A DNA stretch of 64,000 nucleotides from Eledone cirrhosa (GCA_964016885.1 OZ024748.1:46748001-46812000); one strand, 5' to 3'; positions 1-13,869 are shown, numbered from the stretch's first letter. A program made the numbers and translations. Notes: generated from the sequence alone by a model not told the origin.

Positions 1-180
1 AAGGCCTTGTCAGCTTTATCTCCCCCTGTTTGCTGAAATTAATGTAAGTGAGTCTGTCACTACTCTAAAACAATAGCATAAGGTCTTCAAAATGCTTTAA
101 ATTAAGCATAAAGTGTATTGCAAAATACACTATATATACATTCATATACATATGGCTATTTCAGAACACCAATTCTAATT
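1..180 (+). mobile_element. Diverged partial copy of the 317-bp HHR repeat family at 55284-55996; the window start cuts through HHR stem III
   Basis: 1-165 is a diverged reverse complement of 55290-55454 (aaggccttgtc...tctccccctgtttgctga...gtcactactctaaaacaatagcata); followed by (TA)n. Confidence 0.8.
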
Positions 181-223
181 TATAAATATATATATATATA
201 TAAATATATATAAATATATTTAA

Positions 224-254
<31 letters not shown>

Positions 255-357
255 AATATATAAATGCATATATATATAAATAATATATATATAAATAAAT
301 ATAAATATAAATAAATATAAATATATATATATATAATATATATATATTTATAATATA

Positions 358-398
<41 letters not shown>

Positions 399-530
399 GT
401 GAGGTTTATTTTTTTACAAAATGAAAAATACCCGAGGTGCCCTACATGAGTGAAAGTATAAAGAAAAAATGATGAAATCGAAATTGCAACTGGAGTCTTA
501 TTTAAAAAAAATATATATATTTATTTGGTT

Positions 531-566
531 CTTTACCGGTTTCGCACTTCTTCTGCTTTTCATAAG
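531..566 (-). ncRNA. Degenerate hammerhead-like motif
   Basis: Minus strand reads ctt-ATGAAAA-gca gaagaag tgc-GAAA-ccgg-TA-aag; stems II/III intact with palindromic stem III, core mutated, stem I only 3 bp. Confidence 0.3.
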
Positions 567-2904
567 TAGAGTTGAGATGCAGGGTCTGTGGTTTTTCTCA
601 CATTTGATTGGTCTCTGAATGTTACTTGTTTTATACAGAAAAAAAGTGGCTCGCGATGCCAGGTCTTTAGAGAAGTAATTTGATTGGTTGGTCAATAATT
701 ATCATAAATTTCGCGCCAGTATATACAAACCAGCTGCATACAGCCAAAATTCCCTCACCGGTTCCGGCCTCAAATTGACAATAACCGGGCACTCATACCG
801 ACGTTAAAATATTGTTCTCAAAATATATAATTTCAAAATCTCATAGATTCGATATTATGTGGGACATTTATGTGAGGTAAAGCCTTTACCGCGAAAAATG
901 CAGTAGTAAATATAGAGTAATGTAAATGCTAAATGGATAAGGGTATTCCTGGCAGTGGGATGCTGAGCCATATGCATGTTAAGATCTCGTTTAGTCTGTT
1001 CTATTGATCAACAAGATGGAACACACACCATTGAATTATATTTCATATATGTCAGAAAATTACCTCAGCATGAAATTAAAATTAAACTACAATAAACAAA
1101 ACACATATCTCAAACACAAACCCTAAATTACAAATCTAAAACCACTTGTTGATGGAGAAATCGATAGATCTTGGGTGAAAACGATTAACACTTATTAGTT
1201 ATCTCTCGTTATGTTTTAATTTTTAATCCTGTTCTAGTCAGTCTTGTCTTCTTTCATCTTCCTTGGATCGATACTATAACTAATAATCAAAAACTGTGTT
1301 GATTTAATCGATCAAGCCATGCCGCAATATTTGTGGTGCATTATGTCAATGATAAAAATCAATATTTTTAAACTTTTAAATATTTAATATAAATTTGTCA
1401 GGAAATCATCGAATTTTTGTTGTTGTTAGTGTTGCTGCTTAGACCTTGATCACACATGGTCGAAGAAAACTATGATTAAAGCTATTCCAACCGTGACAAT
1501 CTTGTAATTTTTCGAATAGAGTGTACATAGAGCTATTTTATTTAAGTGGTAACATGTTATCTGTTTTTTTTTTTTTTATATATATTTATTTAAGGACAGT
1601 TGATTGTGATTTGTGAGGTTCTTACTGTTATTTCTAGCTATTTACACAACTGAGGAGAGGTCGTGTGTCGTTTGACAGAAAGTCGAAGAGAAATGACTCA
1701 TACGGTTTTTTAATTGCTTGCCAAAATTCCTGATGTGGAATCGTGTGTTGAAACGGATATTATTTCACATTTGTCGAGGCGTGGTGGCGACGTTCATTAC
1801 AAAACACACGCACTAGTATTACTCACTTCCAGTTATTTAGATTATTAATTAATTAATCAATTCATAAATGCATTTTTTCAAAGTTCTGAGAGATAAACAG
1901 GAAGCATGAAATGAATTTTGATAAAGACGTGGTGGAGCGATATATAGCCATGGATTAATCAGATAATGTGACGAAAAAAAGTTTAGTAAACCAATTAATC
2001 ATTTTAATAATTAACTAATTATGTGAGTGATTAATAATATCGAATAAAATCAACCAGTGCGTGTTTAATATATTAAGAATATGACACTCCCGAAGAACCA
2101 CAATAATGACTTTTACAATTTATCTTTCAGGACTGCTAAGTCTAGTGGAAAGAAGAGGAGTTATCCTGTAAGTTGATACCATGATCACGTATTTGTGGTA
2201 GAGAGAATATCTAAACTGCCACCCATAATCTTGATAGTGGTGGTAAACTGGGCGACTGATTAGGTCAACCACCCTAGATTTCAGGACACAAAAGATCCGA
2301 AGCAAATACTATTCTAACAATGTCACTAACTCAGAGCACGCGTCTGGTAATCTCTTATATCAATCCTGTAAGACTGAATGGCAGGTCTCACGTCCATGAA
2401 ATTTGAAATCAAAACAGAGGGAGCCAGAAGCAAATATTATTCTATCAATGTCACTAACTCACAGCTCGGTCTGGTAATCTTTTTGAATGGCAGGTCTGAC
2501 TTCCATAAAATTTGAAATCTAAGTAGAGGGATCGAGAGGAAAGTCCGTAATATGTTTTATCTAACCGGAAAGGTTCAAAGGTACCTCTGACGTAGATAAT
2601 ATTTGAAATCAGAGATCAGAAAGCCAGATGGAAGTCTGCAAGTCTCCTTAGTCTACGCTGCAACGATTCGGCTAATTCGTCGTCTTTTTGTAATGCGTAA
2701 TTACAATTGTTTAGCAAGATTTAAATTATATACTTTCTGATGTTTTCTTGATTAGGCGTTTGATGTTGAGATTTGTTTCAAAAATCTGTGACGTTGGTAT
2801 ACATATATATATATATATATTTAGGTTCTCTCTTGCTTTGTTAAATGCTTCTTTGATTCTTTTATAATCATTTTGTTGAATGCGTATCCCGCAGTGTCTA
2901 TGTT

Positions 2905-3365
2905 GGTGATTGTTGCGTTTTTGAATGTTATAAAATATAGACTTGCTGATTCTATGTAATGTAGTGTAGTGATTGTTGGCTTGTTGACTGTTATAAAATA
3001 TAGTCTTACTGATTCTATGTAATGTAGTGTAGTGATTGTTGGATTGTTGACTGTTATAAAATATAGTCTTACTGATTCTATGTAATGTAGTGTAGTGATT
3101 GTTGGATTGTTGACTGTTATAAAATATAGTCTTACTGATTCTATGTAATGTAGTGTAGTGATTGTTGCGTTGTTGACTGTTATAAAATATAGTCTTACTG
3201 ATTCTATGTAATGTAGTGTAGTGATTGATGGATTGTTGACTGTTATAAAATATAGTCTTACTGATTCTATGTAATGTAGTGATTGTTGGATTGTTGACTG
3301 TTATAAAATATAGTCTTACTGATTCGATATAGTGTGGTGCTGGTGATTGTTGCGTTGTTGGCTGT
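2905..3365. repeat. Minisatellite, 63-bp unit, about 7 copies
   Basis: agtgattgttggattgttgactgttataaaatatagtcttactgattctatgtaatgtagtgt recurs at 3031, 3094 and onward. Confidence 0.95.
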
Positions 3366-3694
3366 TATGTAGTGCTTGGGATTCTTCTGTTGAATATATA
3401 CTATATACTGGCGTGTTTATCCTGGAAATTGTCAAGTTGTTGACTTATGTAAGGTAGTGTCGGTAATTTTGGTGTATTAGGTCTTGTGGTGCTGTTAAAA
3501 ATATGTACTGCAGTGTCTATGTAGAAGAGTATGTTGTTAAGTGAATTATTCTGTAGGCCATATGTTGATGATTGTGGTGTTGGTGAATGGAATACAGTGT
3601 CTATATATGTGGCTGTGGTGTTGTTGTCTGTGAGGACTGCAACAGAACTGTCTATGTAGGTGATAGTTGTGTTGTAAAATGTATTGTACATCAG

Positions 3695-5390
3695 TGTCGA
3701 TGTAGCTGATAGTGGTGTCAGGAAATATATAGTACTGTAGTTTCTATATAGGTGATAGTGGTGTCGTGAAATATATAGTGCTGTAGTGTCTATATAGGTG
3801 ATAGTGGTGTCATGGAATATATAGTGCTGTAGTTTCTATGTAGATGATAGTGGTGTGGTGAAATATATAGTACTGTAGTTTCTATGTAGGCGATAGTGGT
3901 GTCATGAAATATATAGTGCTGTAGTTTCTATGTAGGTGATAGTGATGCTGTGAAATATATAGCGCTGTAGTGTCTATGTAGGCGATAGTGGTGTCATGAA
4001 ATATATAGTGCTGTAGTTTCTATGTAGGAGATAGTGGTGTCGTGAAATATATAGTGCTGTAGTTTCTATATAGGTGATAGTGGTGTCATGAAATATATAG
4101 TGCTGTAGTTTCTATGTAGGTGATAGTGATGTAGTGAAATATATAGTGCTGTTGTGCATATGTAGGTGATAGTGATGTAGTGAAATATATAGTGCTGTAG
4201 TGTCTCTGTAGGTGATAGTGGTGTAGTGAAATATATAGTGCCGTAGTCTCTATGTAGGTGATAGTGGTGTTGTGAAATATATAGTGCTGTAGTCTCTATA
4301 TAGGTGATAGTGGTGTAGTGAAATATATAGTACTGTAGTCTCTATGTAGGTGATAGTGGCGTCGTGAAATATATAGTACTGTAGTTTCTATGTAGCTGAT
4401 AGTGGTATCATGAAATATATAGTACTGCAGTCTCCATGTAGGTGATAGTGGTGTTGTGAAATATATAGTAATGTAGTCTCTATGTAATGGATAATGGTGT
4501 AGTGAAATATATAGTGTTGTAGTTTCTATGTAGGTGATAGTGGTGTAGTGAAATATATAGTGCCGTAGTCTCTATGTAGGTGATAGTGGTGTCGTGAAAT
4601 ATATGGTACTGTAGTCTCTATGTAGGTGATAGTGGTGTCGTGAAATATATAGTACTGTAGTTTCTATGTAGCTGATAGTGGTATCATGAAATATATAGTA
4701 CTGCAGTCTCCATGTAGGTGATAGTGGTGTTGTGAAATATATAGTAATGTAGTCTCTATGTAATGGATAATGGTGTAGTGAAATATATAGTGTTGTAGTT
4801 TCTATGTAGGTGATAGTGGTGTAGTGAAATATATAGTGCCGTAGTCTCTATGTAGGTGATAGTGGTGTCGTGAAATATATAGTACTGTAGTCTCTATGTA
4901 GGTGATAGTGGTGTCGTGAAATATATAGTACTGTAGTCTCTATGTAGGTGATAGTGGTGTTGTGAAATATATAGTACTGTAGTCTCTATGTAGGTGATAG
5001 TGGTGTCGTGAAATATATAGTGCTGTAGTCTCTATATAGGTGATAGTGGTGTAGTGAAATATATAGTGCTGTAGTCTCTATATAGGTGATAGTTGTGTAG
5101 TGAAATATATAATACTGTAGTCTCTATGTAGGTGATAGTGGTGTCGTGAAATATATAGTACTGCAGTCTCCATGTAGGTGATAGTGGTGTAGTGAAATAT
5201 ATAGTACTGTAGTCTCTATGTAGGTGATAGTGGTGTCGTGAAATATATAGTACTCTAGTCTCTATGTAGGTGATAGTGGTGTCGTAAAATATATAGTACT
5301 GTAGTCTCTATGTAGGTGATAGTGGTGTCGTGAAATATATAGTGCTGTAGTGTATATGTAGGTAATAGTGGTGTCGTGAAATATACGTTC
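3695..5390. repeat. Minisatellite, 46-bp unit, about 36 copies, with a 276-bp (6-mer) higher-order duplication
   Basis: Unit gtaggtgatagtggtgtcgtgaaatatatagtactgtagtctctat (e.g. 4861 and 4907); the variant block tgtagctgat...taatggataatgg recurs at 4391 and 4667. Confidence 0.97.
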
Positions 5391-5444
5391 TTCAGTGTTT
5401 ATATATGTGGTTGCTGTGTAATTGAGCTTATGTACTGTAAGCAC

Positions 5445-6450
5445 AGTGTTTATGTTGATGAACGTGGTGCTCTTGTATGTAGTGTAGTCTTTATGTTGAT
5501 GGTTGTGGTGTTGTATGTAGTGTAGTGTAGTGTTTATGTTGATGGTTGTGGTGTTGTATGTAGTGTAGTGCAGTGTTTATGTTGATGAATGTGATACTCT
5601 TGTATGTAGTGTAGTGTTTATGTTGATGGTTGTGGTGTTGTATGTAGTGTAGTGTAGTGTTTATGTTGATGGTTGTGGTGTTGTATGTACTGTAGTTTAG
5701 TGTTTATGTTGATGAATGTGGCTGCTCTTGTATGTAGTGTAGTGTTTATGTTGATGGTTGTGGTGTTGTATGTAGTGTACTGTAGTGTTTATGTTGATGT
5801 TTGTGGTGTTGTATGTAGTGTAGTGTCTATGTTGGTGGTTGTGTTGTTGTATGTAGTGTAGTGTGTATGTTGATGGTTGTGGTGTTGTATGTAGTGTAGT
5901 GTTTATGTTGATGGTTGTGGTGTTGTATGTAGTGTAGTGTAATGTCTATGTTGGTGGTTGTGGTGTTGTATATAGTGTAGTGTAGTGTTTATGTTGATGG
6001 TTGTGGTGTTGTATGTAGTGTAGTGTAGTGTTTATGTTGATGAATGTGGTGCTCTTGTATGTAGTGTTTATGTTGATGGTTGTGGTTTTGTATGTAGTGT
6101 AGTGTAATGTCTATGTTGGTGGTTGTGGTGTTGTATGTAGTGTAGTGTAGTGTCTATGTTGGTGGTTGTGGTGTTGTATGTAGTGTAGTGTCTATGCTGG
6201 TGGTTGTGGTGTTGTATGTAGTGTAGTATAGCGTCTATGTTGGTGGTTGTGGTGTTTTTTGTAGCGTAGTGTAGTGTCTATGTTGGTGTTTGTGGTGTTG
6301 TATGTAGTGTAGTGTCTATGTTGGGTCGTGTTGTTGCATGTACTGTAGTTTAGTGTCTATGTTGGTGGTTGTGGTGTTGTATGTAGTGTAGTGTCTATGT
6401 TGGTGGTCGTATTTTTGTATGTACTGTCGTGTAGTGTATATGTTGGTGGT
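5445..6450. repeat. GT-rich minisatellite, 33-38 bp variable unit
   Basis: Repeats of gtgt(t/c)tatgttg(a/g)tggttgtggtgttgtat(gtagt)n. Confidence 0.93.
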
Positions 6451-6469
6451 CCACTATGTGGTACCACTA

Positions 6470-6825
6470 TATTAGTAAAAAATATATATACAATATACAA
6501 GTGGAACCCGTTTCTTCTACAACAACTACAACGGTACGCGATGGGGCCCACCCACAGCCCCGGCGGACAGGATGGAGAAGGCGTTTCCCCGGAGGATGGC
6601 AATGGAGACGCGATGGAAGAGCCACTCCAACTCGCGGGGCTCACTCCTGCGGCTGGCCAGCTCAGAGCCTATGGTAGTGAGTAAGGAGGTAGCCCTGGGT
6701 CCGAGGACTCAAGAAGTCTCCACTGCCAGGAGTACGACCGCAAACCTGTCGGAGAACGACCGGTATTTCAGGAGTTTGGCCCCCTCCGCCAAACGTGCAG
6801 CAGAACCTGGGTCAGTCGCAGACTG
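6470..6825 (-). mobile_element. 3' fragment of a CRE-like RLE non-LTR retrotransposon (decayed)
   Basis: Minus frame reads ...AEGAKLLKYRSFSDRFAVVLLAVETS*VLGPRATSLLTTIGSELASRRSEPRELEWLFHRVSIAILRGNAFSILSA, resembling the CRE C-terminal A.ET.G ... R.S.A..RGNA signature; GC-rich island. Confidence 0.7.
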
Positions 6826-7629
6826 TATGCATGTGTGTGTGTGTGTGTGTGTGATTGTATATATGTTTGTTTGTGTGTGTGTATGTAAGTACGTACAAAC
6901 GAAAGTATGTATGCATGTGCGTGTGTATATGTATATATGTGTGTGTGTTTGTGCATGCATGTACGTACGAACGAACGAACGTATGTATGCATGTGTGTGT
7001 GTATATAAATATGTGTGTGTGTTTGTGTATGTATGTGTCAATATGTACCTTGGCATATATGTAATTACATGTATGTTGGTCTGATTTTTTTTTTTTTTTT
7101 GCTTTCAATATTGTGTTATAGCAAGTCCGACACACAAAGATCCTTATTTTCTGGAACAAAAACCTCTATTATAAAGTAAATCCTCCCACTTAGATACAAT
7201 CATACACACACACCCACCCAGAGAGAGAGAGAGAGAGAGGGATATATATATAGAGAGAGAGACCGTTAGAGACCGAGAGAGAGGCTGAGATAGAGAGAGA
7301 GAGAGTGAGAGAGAGAGACTGAAAGAGAGAGAAAGACCGAGAGAGAGCGAGAGAAGCTCAACCAGCAACACAACAACAGAACTCCTACCATTGTATCGTG
7401 TAAAACATGGTAAAACACCAATTAATTCAATGAGCCGTGTAATAGACTAAAACGAACAACTTTGAAATATGTAGGAACAGTGCAGTTTTGTATCGTTGTT
7501 GCTTGAGTTGTTGTAACTGTTATTGTCTTAAAGCAAAGATGTCGTCGGTGACTCAGATTATCGCTTCCACGCATACATATCCGTATTATGGTAAACATAA
7601 ATAGATATCCGTTTAAATGTCGATTAAAA

Positions 7630-7674
<45 letters not shown>

Positions 7675-7994
7675 GCTCTACAAAACAACTACAATAAAAG
7701 CAGTAAAACTGAAAATATATTTTAAAAAAACTCGCAAAAATATAGTTTTAAACAAATTGCAATAAAGTTCAAAAGGAAAAAATATACTACAAAAATTAAT
7801 TTAAAGCAGAACGGATTAATAAAATAAAATTTGAAAGGAAAAAAATTGAATAAAATAAAAAAATAAATAAAATTAAATAAAAAAACAACTATAAAACAGT
7901 TACAAATAGTGGAAATATAATAAAATATAAACAAGAATATATTGTTAAAAAGCAGTAAAGAGAACAGAAAAGAAAGTTGAATAAAAAAAAACAT

Positions 7995-8053
7995 GTATAT
8001 CTATGTGTAGTTACATATATATATACGCATATATATATATATATAAATATATA

Positions 8054-8093
<40 letters not shown>

Positions 8094-8546
8094 TATATAT
8101 ATATATGCATATGCATATATATATATATATATATGCATATATATATATGCATATATATATATATGCATGTATATATATACATATATATAGATATATATAT
8201 ACATATATATATATGCATATATATATATATGCGTATATATATGCATATATATATATGCATATATATATATATATATGCATATATATATAGATATATATAT
8301 GAATATATATATATATATATATGCATATATATATAGATAAATATATGCATATATATATATGCATATATATATATATATATATAGATGCATATATATATAT
8401 ATATATATGCATATATATATATATGATATATATAGATACATATACATATATATACATATGCATATATATATATATATATATATATATGCATATATATATA
8501 TATATATGCATATATATATATATATGCATATATATATATATATAAA

Positions 8547-8636
<90 letters not shown>

Positions 8637-8750
8637 CATATATATGCATATATATATATATGCATATATATGCATATATATATATGCATATATATATGCA
8701 AATATATATATATGCATATATATATATATATGCATATATATATATATATA

Positions 8751-8798
<48 letters not shown>

Positions 8799-8879
8799 TA
8801 TATATATATATATATGCATATATATATATATATGCATGCATATATATATATATATATATGTATGCATATATATATATGG

Positions 8880-8914
<35 letters not shown>

Positions 8915-8956
8915 CATATATATGTATATATATATATATATGCATATATATATATC

Positions 8957-9038
<82 letters not shown>

Positions 9039-9049
9039 CATATATATAC

Positions 9050-9091
<42 letters not shown>

Positions 9092-9108
9092 GTGTATATA
9101 TATATATA

Positions 9109-9197
<89 letters not shown>

Positions 9198-9266
9198 GCA
9201 TATATATATATATACATATATATGCATATACATATATGCATATATATATATATAGATATATATGCA

Positions 9267-9339
<73 letters not shown>

Positions 9340-9341
9340 GC

Positions 9342-9396
<55 letters not shown>

Positions 9397-9458
9397 CACA
9401 CATATATGAATATATATATATATATATATATGCATGCATATATTTATATATACATATA

Positions 9459-9526
<68 letters not shown>

Positions 9527-9750
9527 TATACATATACATATATACACACATACATATATACATATATACATATAATTACATATATGCATGCATACGTATA
9601 TATACATATATATATATATATATATAAATACATATATGCATGTATACATATATATATATACACATATGCATGCATACATATACATACATATATGCATGCA
9701 TACATATACATACATATATGCATGCATACATATACATACATATATGCATG

Positions 9751-9800
<50 letters not shown>

Positions 9801-9960
9801 TATTCATATATGCATACATACACATATACATTCATACATATACACATATATATTCATACATATATACATAATTATATGAATACATATATGCATATATGCA
9901 TACCTATATGTATACATATATGAATATATATATATACATACATATATAAATACACATTTA
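7995..9960. repeat. Compound (TA)n / TATGCA / TACA microsatellite, about 2 kb
   Basis: Direct reading; source of the YI-repeat ORFs. Confidence 0.98.
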
Positions 9961-10629
9961 ATACATATATGCATAGATATATCGATACATATATGCATGA
10001 ACATTATTTAGGATATAATAAATGAGCCTTAAATATTTCTTTAAAGTGTATCTATAAAATACAGCTTAATTTAATTATTTGTTCCGAATCAATTGACACC
10101 AAAGATACATAGGAGTTTCTTGACGGGCCGGATATAATGTAGTATATATCATGTATTATGTATTGTACTGTGTTATATTGTATTCTATTGCATTCTTCAA
10201 CGTTTTGAGGCAAAAAAATAAAAGACTGTAACTGCAAACATTACTTCCTGTGGAAGAATCTGTGTTTTATGTGTTATAAATAAATGCAGGCGAAACTAAT
10301 AACTATAACATCCATAATAATGAAAATATAATGTTTTCTTTATCGGTCACTTGAGCTGAAAGCATTGAAATAATAAACATCATGCTGACGATATTGATGA
10401 TGATGACGGTACTGATGATGATGACGATGATGATGATGATGGTATTAATGATGATCATGATGATGAAATAATAATGGTAAAAATAATGAATGTAGTCTTT
10501 ATCGTAGACAATACAAGTATATTAATCACATGTTTCATCTTACATTCAACATCGCCCTCGCCTACCATTATCTATTTCCTAATGTAATTTTTCTTTTGTC
10601 TTACGTATACACAAATACATACGTATATT

Positions 10630-10719
<90 letters not shown>

Positions 10720-12052
10720 TGTTGTTTTAAATGATGAATGGATATATATTTTTGTCATGAAGTGAAGTGTGAAGAGAGAAAATATGAAATACGGAAGAAG
10801 AAACAGAAAGCTTAAGAGAAATGGAAAGAACAAAAGTAACTGCACAAACACATCCCCACCACTACACACACACACGACTACACACCTACACCTACACACA
10901 CAGGTACACCCACATCTCCATACACACATACAAATACACGTATATACATAGAAAAAATGTATGTTTTGTGAGAATAAGTGAATAAGCATTACTAAATAAA
11001 CACGTGTATTTTGGGATAATGAAGCCATGAAGATGAATGCAAGAAAATGATTAGTTAAATGGTTGTTTGTTATACTGTGATTACATATTGAATGGAGGTT
11101 TACACTTGTACTTACGTTCACCTATATTTTCCACCTGTCACGAAATAGAAGTTAAATGCGTTCAGCATTTCAAGCAGGATATAGATTTATATATATATAT
11201 ATAAATGTGATAGTCCTCCGTCCCTCCGGCAACAATCTGTGTGTGTGTTTGTGTTTGTGTAAATGTATGTGTGTGTAAAAGGAAGGAAGAAAAGGGGATG
11301 GTGAAAAAAACTATAGCAAAACAACGGCTGGCGTACCATTTGCTATGCTGTGTGTGATTGTATGTGTATGCGTGTGTGTGTTTGTTTGAATGTATGTCTG
11401 TGTGTGTATTTTTGAAAGTGTGTCTGTCTGTGTTCGCGTGTTTATATTTATATACTCATACATATAAATGTATGCGTATGCACATACACACCTATACACA
11501 TAGGCGTCAGCGTGTTGAAGAAAACCTTAGTATACAAACATATATCTGCTTCGGTGGAGATCATATCCCAACATATATATGACTCCTAGACATGAGGTCT
11601 TGTTACATTTGTTTTCATCACATTTTCGTAGTTGTTCTGTGGCCTAGCGATAGGTGCTAAAGACGGTGGCGATCCTGGCCGTGTGTTCAATTCTGGTCAA
11701 GAGGTACATGTAAGTAATCTTTTTCAGTTTGTATTTTACATCCCATAGAAAACAAACTGAGAAACTTTTACCAGGAACCCTACTCCCGTCTAGGATAGAA
11801 CTTCGGATCAGGATCACCACCGTCCACGATTCCTCCAACTAGGCCTCCGAGACACCTATAAAAGTATAATGAAAATTAATAATTATAAACCTACTTTCAA
11901 AGTTTAAGAGATAAGGTGTCATTCATGGCTTTCCTAAAGATATTAGCCATATTTACGGTCGACTTGTCAATCTTCTGGTATTTGGTAACGACCTTATTAT
12001 TCCTGTGTGTGTTTAACTGTTGAATTAATTTAATTTGATTTTTTTAACAAAC

Positions 12053-12095
<43 letters not shown>

Positions 12096-12100
<5 letters not shown>

Positions 12101-12638
12101 ATTGAATATAAAAGAAAAACGAACACAGATATATACATATATGTGTTCAAATCGTAAGGGACCAGATTCGCTATGGTGAACTCCGTTAATTTTTTTAGCT
12201 ATTTCAAATGTGGAATAAACCTGGCTGCTATTTTTAGTCGTGTGGGTTTGTGAGACACGCTAGGACACCATGTGCGATGTTCAGTTTCTTAACATACTTA
12301 GAAGCGTCTAGAATACTAATTTATCACCCACTGATGAGCATAAATTGGTAATTCTATTCACAATTAACATTGCGAAACAACACCAAGTTGTCTGGGTGAT
12401 TTGTATTTATTTTCTTGATATTTTCTTAAATTGAGACAAGCAAACCCAATTGTCTATAGTTAGTATTTTTTTCACCTTAGCGGATCTGCTCCCTTGCGAT
12501 TTGAACACATATATCTATATATCTCTGTTCGTGTTTCTTTTATATTCAATTATAATATACGGCTCGGAAATATCTCTTTCTTAGAGCTATTTTGTTGTAA
12601 GAGACTATTTTGAGTTCCTAACTCAATATATACCTTTG
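12096..12638 (+). mobile_element. Penelope-like pLTR/retrozyme remnant with HHR and an inverted 5' copy of its 3' part, flanked by (TA)n
   Basis: 12096-12180 is an imperfect reverse complement of 12471-12555; HHR at 12323-12400; TA tracts on both sides. Confidence 0.75.
12323..12400 (+). ncRNA. Type I hammerhead ribozyme, canonical core
   Basis: atcaccca-CTGATGA-gca...tgc-GAA-acaac accaa gttgt-C-tgggtgat; 8-bp stem I, 5-bp stem III, GUC site, predicted cleavage after 12392. Confidence 0.9.
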
Positions 12639-12737
12639 ATATATATATATATATATATATATATAAGAGTTGTGGTGGGGAACCGGATGGACCATAACGC
12701 ACCAGAGTACTCAATACTTAGGGTAGTAGAGTGGGTA

Positions 12738-12846
12738 ATAGGAAAAATTTAACCCCGACAGCAGAGCTCAAGTGGTTTCGACGACTATTTCTGGACTCTT
12801 TCTGGACTATTTCAGTCCAGAAATAGCCGTCGGGGTTAAATTTTTC

Positions 12847-12850
<4 letters not shown>
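12738..12850. repeat. Nested inverted repeat containing the 3' half of an HHR (family also at 24757-24786 and 33138-33167; related at 62533-62562)
   Basis: ataggaaaaatttaaccccgac / gtcggggttaaatttttcctat; family minus strand reads GAAAcggc ttgagctca gccGTC ggggtc. Confidence 0.65.
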
Positions 12851-12888
<38 letters not shown>

Positions 12889-12992
12889 TATAACGCCGCT
12901 TTGTTCGTTTGTAAACAAACTGAACAGCCTGAATTTATGCCATACGGTGTTAAGGCAACCACGTCACCTTTTTGTTCAACACTGACACAGGA

Positions 12993-13035
12993 ACGATGTA
13001 CTAGTTTCAAGCTTGTTAGCTATCATCAGCACCGT
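12993..13035 (-). ncRNA. Minimal type I HHR (inverted copy)
   Basis: Reverse complement of 13363-13405. Confidence 0.85.
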
Positions 13036-13055
13036 ATACCCATCTGCCAGATAGT

Positions 13056-13126
<71 letters not shown>

Positions 13127-13362
13127 TGCTACTGTACGTCTGTATACATATATGTATGTACGTATACATACATACTTACATTTAAGTAAGTGCCATACTA
13201 AGAGTGAGAAATGAGATTTCGTTTTCATTTTATTTCAACCTATCGTTTTCGGTATGCCTGACCGATTTAACTCACTCAATATGCAAATTAGGCTGCTCAG
13301 CCGCTAATTTTCATAAGGAAAGTATATACTTTCGAACGTTCAACTATCTGGCAGATGGGTAT

Positions 13363-13405
13363 ACGGTGCTGATGATAGCTAACAAGCTTGAAACTAGTAC
13401 ATCGT
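13363..13405 (+). ncRNA. Minimal type I HHR
   Basis: acggtg-CTGATGA-t agct aaca agct t-GAA-actagt-A-catcgt; palindromic stem III ACTAGT, GUA site, cleavage after 13399. Confidence 0.85.
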
Positions 13406-13534
13406 TCCTGTGTCAGTGTTGAACAAAAAGGTGACGTGGTTGCCTTAACACCGTATGGCATAAATTCAGGCTGTTCAGTTCACCAAATATATATATATAT
13501 ATATATATATATCAACTATCTGGCAGATGGGTAT

Positions 13535-13577
13535 ACGGTGCTGATGATAGCTAACAAGCTTGAAACTAGTACATCGT
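13535..13577 (+). ncRNA. Minimal type I HHR (tandem copy)
   Basis: Same sequence as 13363-13405, 172 nt downstream. Confidence 0.85.
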
Positions 13578-13655
13578 TCCTGTGTCAGTGTTGAACAAAA
13601 AGGTGACGTGGTTGCCTTAACACCGTATGGCATAAATTCAGGCTGTTCAGTTCAC

Positions 13656-13715
<60 letters not shown>

Positions 13716-13718
<3 letters not shown>

Positions 13719-13869
13719 GCAGACTTGCCAGGTTGCCCAATAGCTCAAAAATCTACCAAGCGTCCTGGAGGCCGAAGGTTGTTTATTATTTATTTTTTCA
13801 AATTTTTTGTTGTCAAAGTTAGGGTGCGACATCGAGGACGAAGCTTCTTCGGCCCCTGGAAATACGGTA
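13716..13869. mobile_element. Possible DNA-transposon (Tc1/mariner-pogo type) end fragment
   Basis: gggtgcgac motif and terminal aaatacggta; internal inverted repeat ggccgaag/cttcggcc; similar gggtgcgacttatac near 27704. Confidence 0.3.

Larger units (their letters stand above)
12918..13659. mobile_element. HHR repeat of about 148 bp: one inverted copy (12918-13058) and two tandem copies (13340-13487, 13512-13659; period 172 including a TA spacer)
   Basis: Copies appear identical by eye; each carries the same minimal HHR and abuts (TA)n on at least one side. Confidence 0.9.

Noticed and set aside
2321-2535. Imperfect local duplication of about 108 bp
   Set aside because: Ordinary decayed tandem duplication with no further structure
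3695-5390. Regular 46-bp array resembling CRISPR
   Set aside because: No unique spacers and no cas genes; eukaryotic minisatellite
7889-9847. 652-aa ORF and the many other YI/IY/CV/HT-rich ORFs across the window
   Set aside because: Translations of (TA)n, (CA)n and (TG)n microsatellites that lack stop codons by composition
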